Shown: positions 53,051 through 63,600 of the stretch, piece after piece
Numbering within the stretch: position 1 is the first letter of the stretch
How the letters are laid out: each line of letters starts with the position of its first letter
DNA from: Eledone cirrhosa
Taxonomy: Eukaryota
Length of the DNA: 64,000 nucleotides
Assembly: GCA_964016885.1 (NCBI GenBank)
Contig: OZ024747.1
Span: forward strand, 22,320,001 to 22,384,000
Reading direction: 5' to 3'
Program-made: the position numbers and the translations under genes
Notes under the pieces: model-generated
Seen by the model: only the letters and a program-made list of their open reading frames with translations
Databases searched by the model: none
What the model was told of the DNA's origin: nothing

Positions 53051-56000
53051 GATCGTTTATTGTGCTCCCAGCCCACCTGGAGGATACTGGCTCCACTTGA
53101 GTACTGACAGGTCTGTGCAACATGTCTGTCCAACTCCTTCTAGCAAAGAAAATTGATGTTGAATGGTGATGATGATGATGATATACATTTTTTTTTTCCC
53201 TTGATCTTGTAGGTTCTACAAAATGATATCCAAGCCCATCTTCCAAGTGTAGACTCACTCAATGAAGTTGGTAAGAAGATGGTGGCTGCTGAAAATGATC
53301 TGGAAGGGTCTTCTATCAAAGGTCGCCTGGACAGCTTGAATTCTAATTGGGAAGAACTGTTAGACAAAAGTTTGAATAAACGACAAGAACTTGAAGGATC
53401 TCTAAAAGAGGTAAATTGCATATTCTTTAGGTTGTTTTATTTATTGTTTTGTAATCTTTAAGTTTCTAACTAGTAAAGTATTAATTATTTAACTCTTTAG
53501 CCTTTAAACTGACTGTATCCAGCCATTGATACCGGTGTTAAAGTATTGTTCTCAAAATAAATATCAAAATCTTATAGATTCGATATTATGAGAGATTTGG
53601 CCTTTACTGTGAAAATACAATAGTATATATAGAGTAATGTAAATGCTAAAGGGTAAAGGCAGTATATTTCATTAGAAATATGATAATGGATGGGTTATTC
53701 ATCTATATTCTCAAAACCAACTCATGGGGGATGGAGTTTAGTACATAAAACAATTCTTTTTTTTAGTTATGTAGTCAGTTACCTATAACCTTGGAAATTA
53801 ATGAGATAGATACAGTTGTGGTCAAAAGACAACAAACAATACATGTTCATACTCCACACTTTTCTATCGTGTCTTGCTTTACTTAAGTCTCTGATCACAT
53901 TTATTTTTTTACATATTTTGCTTTCTGTGGTTTGATGTAAATTTTCAATAAATTTCATTATAGGCCCAAGTTTTCACTGGAGAAATGCAAGATTTACAAG
54001 TGCGCCTTGGTGAAATTGAAACTATGTTAATTCAATCACGTCCAGTTGGAGGATTGCCTGATACAGCAAAAGAACAGCTAGACAAATTTTTGGTATGTAC
54101 ACTTCTCTTTAATTATCAGGCTTTCAGCTTAGGATCACATTAAGTATTTATTGACAGCTCTCATTTTCACTCTCCAATTCTCTCTCTCTTTCACTCTCCA
54201 ATTCTCTCTCTCTTTCACTCTCCAATTCTCTCTCTCTTTCACTCTCCTTCTCTTTCACTCTCCAATTCTCTCTCCTTCTCCCTCTCTTTCACACACACAT
54301 ACACTTTCCATCATTTACATAGTATGTATGGATTTGATTCACATAGTATATTTTGTATGTAATTTGTGTATTTTTAATTGGTGTTATATCTGATGTATTT
54401 GTTGCCAACCATTAAAAAAAGTCTGAAATTGGAGTGTGTATGTATGTATGTATGTACGTGTTGATGGGGCAGTGGTAATATCTTTTATCCTCCTATTTCT
54501 GTTAGTATTGACAATTTACACTTCCTATTGTACTAACTGCATTTGAACTCTTCACAAGATTCTGATATTTATTTTGTGTATTTTTGCAGACCATTTATGA
54601 AGAACTTAAACAACTGGAGGATATTGTTACCAAAGTGAAAGTTGATGGAGAGAGAATTCTAGAAAAGACCGATGATTCATCAACATCAAAGATCCGTTCT
54701 AACTTGCAATCTGTCCAGCAACAAAGTGATCATATCAACGCCAGAGCTGTAGACCGTAAAGTAAGGAGAAATTGTGGCTTCCTAAATATTTCAGCTTTTA
54801 AGGGAATTTTTTTAGCAAGTTAGCAAGAAAAGATATTTTACATTCAAGGTCTAAATTTTACAAGTTATGATGATGATAATTATTGTTTCTGATATAGGCA
54901 CAGAAATCAACCCCAGTGCGTTACTGGTGCTTTATTTTATCAACTTCGTAAGGATGGAAAGCAAAGCTAACCTTGGCGGGATTAAAGCCCAGAATGTAAA
55001 GTGTCATACCTCTATGCCGTAAAGCATCTTGTCTGATGCTCTACTGATTCTGCCAATCTACTGCCCTTATGATGATGATAATAGCAATAATTCTTTCTAA
55101 CTTAAGGCCAGCAATTTGGAGGCAAAGGGAAAGTCAAACATAAAGAGTTGGAACAAATACGAGGTGGCATTTGTCTGACATTAATGATTCCACTATCCTC
55201 TGGTGATGATAATGATTTCTAATTTAGGCACAAGGCCAGCACACCAATACTGCCAATCCACTGCCCTCTGATAGCAATAATAATAATTATTATTTACATT
55301 GGCACAAGACCAGAAATTTGGGGAAAGGGATAAGTTGATTAAACCGGCCTTGTTTCTAAAGCAGTAGTTTCCAAAATTATTTGCCAACTAATGTATAAAC
55401 TTATTTTCTTTAACTCTTTTGATATCCTGTCTTAATGTCTGCCCTCAAATGGTCTGCCAGACAAAACTGTCCATTTCAAAGTATTTAAATTTAAACATTA
55501 CATGATAACTTTATGTAAAATATCTCAAGATATGTTCCAGACACCATCTTAATTATAACAAAATTATTTTACTAAATCTGTCAAAATTTATAACTATTCT
55601 CAAAATTAATTGAAATGTATAATCAGTATATTTCATTATTAATACAGCCAGGAAAAAGTTAAAGTATTTATCAAAACAAATGACAGTTTGATTTGATTTG
55701 CCACCTTTTAAAACATTGATTAATATCTATGGTTGTTATCTATGATTTTATCAGAATAAACTGGAAGAAGCAGTTGGTCATGCCAGTACATTCCACGATG
55801 ATCTCCATAAATTTATTGGTTGGTTGACTGATACTGAAAAAGAACTGAACAACCTTCAACCTGTCAGCAGAATTTTGGAAAAGATTACCACACAAATTGA
55901 AGACCATAAAGTAAGAAAATTATATCGACCCAAGTTGTGCTGTGTTTTTGTTGTTGGTGGTTTTGGGGGTGGGGAGTCTTTGGATGTGGATATTACACTG

Positions 56001-57360
56001 AAATATAGGTAAAATCATAAGTTAATTTATTTTAAAACCAGCTAGAAATAGCAACCAAATAAACCTCAAATCACATATGAAACTTATTGGATAATGTAGT
56101 GCTAGATCCACTAGCTGTAGAAAAGACTGGATGGTCATAGCTAGAATACTTTTGATCATAATTCCATTCAATCAAGGCTAACCTTGGGTTAAACAAAAAC
56201 CACAAGACTGCAAATGAAGGAGCCTCTATGCAGTTTCATCCTGACGAAAAAAAAGTCTGCCAAATCTCCCTCAAATTATATCCTATCATCATATTGGATA
56301 AGCATTGTTCTAAAACAAACAGATGGTCATGGCTGGAATGCCTTTAATCTTAGGTATGTGTGATCAGGGCTGACCTGGAATTAAACAACAACATCATTGA
56401 TATAAAGTGCAATGCTAGAACAAGATTGAGGAAATTTTCTTCCACTGTTTTTCATTGTTTCAAAGGTCTCTTCAAATAAATCTGAGAGAAATGGAAACAT
56501 GTTATCAAACTAGGTTTACTGTAATAAGTGACTTAACATATTTAAGCTCTGTAGATGTTTTATTTACATTTTTAATTTCTAAAACTATTTTTATACTGAC
56601 AAATACACTAGTTCCATATTTCATTTCTTGTGCAGCCATTTTATAACATATGGCAACCTGAGCAAGTGTCAGAGAACTGAAGCACTAAAAAAGAAGCCAA
56701 TAGAAACTGTTTTGAAGAATCTGTGTTCATGTTTGTTTAATTTTCACTAATATAGAATAGACCAAAAAATAACATTTTATTACTCTTTTATTGCAGAGCC
56801 TACAAAAGGATATTGCCCAAAACAGAGATGCTATGATACTTTTGGATAAACGAGGGACTCATCTGAAGTATTTTAGTCAAAAGCAGGATGTCATCCTTAT
56901 CAAGAATCTCTTGTCAAGTGTACAACATCGATGGGAGAAAATTGTTTCTCGAAGTGCTGAACGTACACGACATTTAGAACGAGGTTATAAAGAAGCCAGA
57001 CAGGTAAGAGAAATATTAAACTTGGTTTAATTTAACTGGAGTATTATATGATCATTTTACATTAGGTGGGAGCAGAGTCAATAGACTACCAGTCTTGGAT
57101 ATTTTATTGTCTCTACCTGTTTTGAGTTGTTGTAATTAGTGAAATCTGCTCCCTTCCTCTCTCCTTCTCTCATATATTTTCATTTTATTTTCACTTTTTC
57201 TTTCATATTTCAGTTCCATAGTTTATGGAATGAGTTACTAGACTGGCTTAATGAAGCAGATAATGTCCTTGATTCAGACACATCTATCAGCAATGATCCA
57301 GCAAAAATTAAAGGTCAAATCATAAAACACAAGGTATCTACTATTCTAAATTGTTTACAC

Positions 57361-57391
<31 letters not shown>

Positions 57392-57596
57392 GTATATTTA
57401 TTTATATATATGTATATGTATATATATGTATATGTATACTTACATATATACATGCATATATATATTTAATTACATAATAAACAACACAATATAATAGAAT
57501 GGAATAATGATATTGTGTTGTTTATTATGTAATTAAATAGCTCTGTACAATACATAGAGCACTCTTATTTCCTTTACCTTTTCTACAGAAATATTT

Positions 57597-57648
<52 letters not shown>

Positions 57649-60600
57649 TAACACACTTTCTGATTGGTATTTTACCATCCTTTTATTTTTGCATATTTTA
57701 TTTACTTATGCCTATTTTTCAGGAATTTCAAAGATCTCTGGGAAGTAAACAACCAATGTATGATACAATAAATCGCACAGCTCGTAACCTAAAAGATCGC
57801 TCACCAGTTAGTGATCATCCTGTGATTCAGCAAAAACTGAGTGAACTGAAGAACAGATGGAACATGGTCTGTGGGAAATCTGTAGCCCGGTAAGTTTTTC
57901 CTTGTGCAGAATTTGCTTAGAACTTCATGTTCTGTAAGAAGTAAATAACCATTTGATAAGAAAACCATAATTGTAGACTTAATCAATTGCTTGTTGCAAC
58001 ACCACCATATGACCCTAGAGGTCTGTCAGTGAAGTATTTGCTTATAATTTCATCTTCTGTACGAAGCAAATAAAGTGGGACAAATTGGTAGTTATTAGAA
58101 TGTCATGCTTAATTCATTCTGACTCTCTGCTCTCTCCGAGTTAAAATCCCATTGAGGTTAGCTTTGCCTTTCCTCTTACTGCGATCTATAAAAAAAGTAC
58201 CAGTCTATTAGTAGGGTCAATCCCCTCCCTCCCCCTCTCTCTCCTCTCTCTCTCTCTCAGAAATTATGTTCAAACCTGGAGTAGGGGGGGAGTAGTGATA
58301 GGCTCCATCAGGTTTAAAGTACACAAGACATGCCCCAAAATCACAATGGTGCCCTTACGACTCTATCAGAAATCACAGGTTCATACATACCTTTAGTAAA
58401 TAGCTGTTCAATAAAAAAAAATCATAATTATAGACTTAATTAATTGCTTGATATAACACTACCACCTAACTCTAAAGGACTGTCAGTGAAGCCATTGTGA
58501 AAATTCAAGCCAAGTATACAGTCAAAAGATAACTTCCACCTTTCTTCTTTCTTTCTTCTCAGTTAAGGTATCATATAATTATCATAGCTTCCCATGTCCC
58601 TCCTCTCTTTCATCCATGCGTTATGTTTATGTAAGAGACAATTATTACATTGTATTTCTTCAGACAAAGAAATCTAGAAGAGGCTCTGCTGTTCTCTGGA
58701 CAATTCAATGAAGCACTACAAGCTCTATTGGACTGGTTATCAAAATCTGAACCCGGTTTGTCTGAAGATCAACCTGTCCATGGTGATATTGAAACTGTTA
58801 ACAATCTTACAGATATACATAAGGTATGTATACTTAGTCAACTGAACTGTACTGTTGTTAAAACATTTAACCCTTCTATTACCATATTTATGCCTGTGTG
58901 TTTCAGTTCATTTTGAAAATAACCAAAACTATTCTATGAAACCTCTCCAAATTCTTGATCATTTTCTAAAATAAGTGAAATACATAGTCAGTGTCTTTTG
59001 TTAGAAATATAGTAATGAAAGGGTTAAATTGAAGTATTTTTCTTTATTGGAAAATTGATTTTAAAATGTTCAGTATAAGTAAATTAAATTTCATATTTGT
59101 AATGACTTTCACATACTTCACATTTCTGACACAAACCCAAAATATGACATACATCATATTTCTGACACAAGCCCAAAATATCCAACATATACCATATTTC
59201 TAACACAAATGATTTATTCTATTTTAAAGGCCTTCCAACAAGAATTGGGTGCTAGAGCTAAGACCGTTTGTTTTGTACGCAATGCGGCCAAAGAACTTAT
59301 AGGAAAATCTGAAGAAGATACAAGCCAACAACAAGCACAATTAATAGAACTAACAACGTTATGGGATCGCATTTGTATATTGAGTGTTAACAAGCAGGAA
59401 CGTCTGGAACAAGCTCAGCTAATGGTTAGTTTTTTTGTTATTTATATTTTCCTTGGAGCTAAAATTATACCATGTATAATTGTTACTTAAAATTGTTAGG
59501 CAGATCTGCTGGAAGGCATGCTTGAGAACTTTGCCCCTCGCGACCCTCCCAGGAAGGAGTGGGTGATGAAGAAGAAGAAATCATTTAATTGGATAAATGG
59601 TGTTCACATTTTGTTGTTCTCAAGTTTTGATTTTCTCAACAGCTTTGTTAATTAATTACCTGCTAATGAAAGATTCTATAAACATTTGTTATATATTTAT
59701 TTATTTTTAATTTAAAGGCTGAAGATTTCCATAAAAAAGCCCAGAGTTTATTAGATTGGTTGGCAGAAGCAGAAAGACAGCTTCGATATCAAGGATCTTT
59801 CCCTGATGATGAACAATCTTTGCTGAAGCTGAAGGATGATCACAAGGTATTTTATTCATTTATTATTTCAGTGGTTTCCCAGTGCCCTGGCATAACTGCA
59901 GCCCATGCTGTAATTTTAGTGGTTTCCAAGTATCCCAGCATTACTGCAGCCCATGCTGTGATATCAGTTGTTTCCAAGTGTCTTGGCATAACTGCAGCCC
60001 ATACCGTGATTTCAGTGGTTTCCAAGTATCTCAGTGTAACTACAGCCCATGCTGGGATTTCAGTGGTTTCCAAATATCCCAGCGTAACTGCAGCCCATCC
60101 TGGAACACTGCTTTGAAGAATTTTATTCACTTATTGTAAACCCAGTCTTATATTTATTTTGTCTTATAAATCAATACATTGGCTGTAAAGGGTTGTAACT
60201 CAGATGAATAAACACCACAGGGTATTTTTATCTGGCACACCAATTTATACACACACACACTCAGGACAGGCTTCCACACAGTTTTTGTCAACCAAATTTA
60301 AGGTTACCTAAATGAATAACCTTAGGTTTGCCTTTTGTCACTTTAATGGGACTTTAATCATTGCACAATCTCTCCATAATCATTCTGGTAACTGATCTAT
60401 ATAATGGCCAGATTATCTGTATTCACTTAACCTTTAGCACACTAGTAATTTTTATGAGTTGTTTCCCTTGACACTGCATTATCTATTAAGGAGGGATTAC
60501 TCATATAGTGCCATGTTTTGCCCACAGCATGCTGAAGGTTAAATCAGACTTTAATATCATATGTGATGATGCTCTAACATGACCAGAAGAGCAATGCTTT

Positions 60601-63600
60601 CGAATTACTATAGAACTGAGGAGGCTCCCTTCAGTCATGACTGACCATGGGTTTGCATCTAGAAAGTTTCTCTCAGAGGCACAAGCCTGAGCAAGGTGTG
60701 TTTGTGGAAGACCAGCAGTCGCCCATGCCTCTTCCCTCTCCTTGCCATTCGTGTTATCCAGGGGAAAAGCAAAGGCTGAAACGGCTTCATACCAGTGTTA
60801 TCACAACTCCTTTCTTCCAACTGAGTGAACTGAAACAATGTTAAATAAAGTGTCTTGCTCAAGGACACAACATGCTGCCCAAGTCCAGGAATCGAGCTCA
60901 CAATCTTATGATTGTAAGCCCCATGCTCTAACCACTACGCCACATACCTTCATAACTGAACCTATTCAAAATTATATTGCACTTTTTTTATATTTCTCTC
61001 AATTCCAGAAATTTGAAGAAAATCTACTGTCTAAAGAAGCTGATTTAAGAGAAGCATTGACCATCGGTCAAGAAATAGTTGCGCGTTGCCATCCTGATTC
61101 CCTGTCATCACTGAAACAATGGCTATCAGTACTACGTGCCCGCTGGGAAGAGGTAAAATTTGCTCATTTTTATCCCCCCCAACTATTTCTAGATTTAGTT
61201 CTATATCATATTTATCACTGGTACTTTTTATCTGCTACTTATTTTATTAATATCATTTGAAAGGTAAACCAAGATGTCCTTGAAATAAAGGTAGATAACT
61301 CAGTCAGCACTAAACACTACAAGTTATTTTGATATGAGAGTATATGCATGTGTGTTGATCTCCATCAGTTCTGACAAGTGTTCCAGTTGCTGGCTTGGAT
61401 TGGGGAGGTTTTAACAGACTGGGAGCAACTGACTTCCATGATGGGCTTTCTCAAATGTGTTCCCAAGGGGAGCAACTGACTTCCATGATGGGCTTTCTCA
61501 AATGTGTTCCCACTCTCTACAGAGTATATTTTATTGTGAACCCAGCACAAGAGAGATTGCTAGTCATTGAATTTGAGCATTCTATCTTGAATGCAATTCT
61601 CTGGGAGATTCTGCATAATAAACCTGGCTCTTTAAGTTACAGGTACAGCTGAGTGAACTGGAGCAACATGAAATAAGGTGTTTTGCATATTTTCCATCTT
61701 CCAAATTTTACTCAACTGCTACTTGGAGTTATGGTACAAGAATGTTGCCGAAGATGTCACGCTGTGGGATTGAACCCAGAACCACATGATTTTGAAGTAA
61801 AATTCTCAACCACATGGCCATAGTGCCTCTGAACTTCTTTTTTATTTGTTTTGTTAGTTTGTTTTTTTTTGTTATTATTATTGATTTTTAACATATTCTA
61901 ATTTTTTTAAATTTTAAACAGTTGACCTCCTGGTGCAAACAGCGTGGCCAACGTTTGGCAGAAGGTTTGAAGGTCATGCGCCAAAATGCAGTTATTCTTG
62001 AAAATCTAGTTCAATGGCTGAACGATACCGAAGGTACATTGCTGAATCAAAACCTCATGGCTATACCTGAAAATTTGGATGCGATCAATGAACTCATACA
62101 AAAACACCAGGTGCTTATATATTTTTTTTCTATTTCTATTTTTACTGTCTTTTTACCTTTTTTAATTTTGTGCTCTGTTTTCGCTGTTGTAATTAACTTA
62201 TGATGACAACAAACAATAAACCTTTTAACTCTTTCATTACTCTATTTTTAATAAAATAATCAAGAATTTGGATAGATTTAATAAAATAATCAAGAATTTG
62301 GATAGATTTAATGAAATTTCTCATTATTAAGATGTTCGGAAGATAACTTATAAAAGTTTCGTACATGAAATTATAATTATATTTAGATAAATATCAGCAC
62401 TTCAAAATATACACCTCAGTATTGTAGAACCAAGGGCGGTTTCTGGCAGTATTAACAGTGTTAAAGTTAGATTTAGCTATGTGGGTCCTTTTTGAGGCAA
62501 GGTTTTACAGCCAGATGTCCTTCCTGATGCCAATCTCTTTAGTCACCTCTTACAACACACAGGAATACAGTATACCTGTTCTGAACCAGATATACACATG
62601 TTATCATAAACGAAGCAATAAATTTTTAAAATATTATTTTCTTTTTAATTAGTGAATATAATGTATTTTTGTTTTAACCCTTTAGCATTTAAACCGACCA
62701 TATCCGACCAGAATTCTCTCACCTCTCAATGTTAAGCTATTGTTCTCAAAATAAATAATATCAAAATCTCATAGATTTGATATTATAAAGCCTTTACCAC
62801 AAAAATACAATAGTATATATAGAGTAATGTAAATGATAAAGGGTTAATCTTGCTTTTCACACTTACTTTTTCTTCCCAATCACTTATTCTCTCTCCTTGC
62901 TTTATTGTGTTACAGGATCTACAAGGTGAAATTTCATCAAAACAGCCTGAAATTGATAAACTTACAAAAACTGAAAAGAGGCGATTATCAACCACAACAC
63001 CAGATTCTTCTCACATACCCATATTCAGAAAAACTAGAAAGTCTATTAGCAACATAAGGTAATCTCATCTATTTCTTTTTGGGGGATTTATTTGATTGAC
63101 ATTGTTGTTGATTTTAATCCCGGGTTAGCCCTGACCAAGCAGACCTATGATCGAAAGTCTTTTATCTATGATCAAAACTTTTTTTTAGCCCATTTATGTC
63201 TTATTGGTGCCATGACAAAAATCACTCAGTCCACCATATAAGGTAGTAGTGCTGGTAACATGAAGAAAGGTTCCAGTAAATGCTGTAAAGTGGTTGACAT
63301 TAGGAAGGCATACAAACATAGAAAAAGCTAAAAATGGAACCTTTGAGCAAGAAATGGTTATCTGATCTCTCCAGCCTCAGAATGTAACAACCTGTTTAAC
63401 CCATGCAAGCATGGAAAATAAGCATTGAATGGTGATGATATTAAAGATTTCATTTCAAATATATACAACACAATCTATCAATCTTTTGTAAGAAATCAGA
63501 AACTTTCTGTTAAAAATTATGAAATCCCTAAATGTTGTCTTTTGTTTGTATTTAGCCGAGATTCAGGCCGCCGTACACCAGAACCTCAATTTAAAAACCC

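Noticed and set aside
61421-61512. Perfect ~45-bp direct duplication (similar ones at 35338 and 62250)
   Set aside because: Ordinary local slippage duplications with no other signal.
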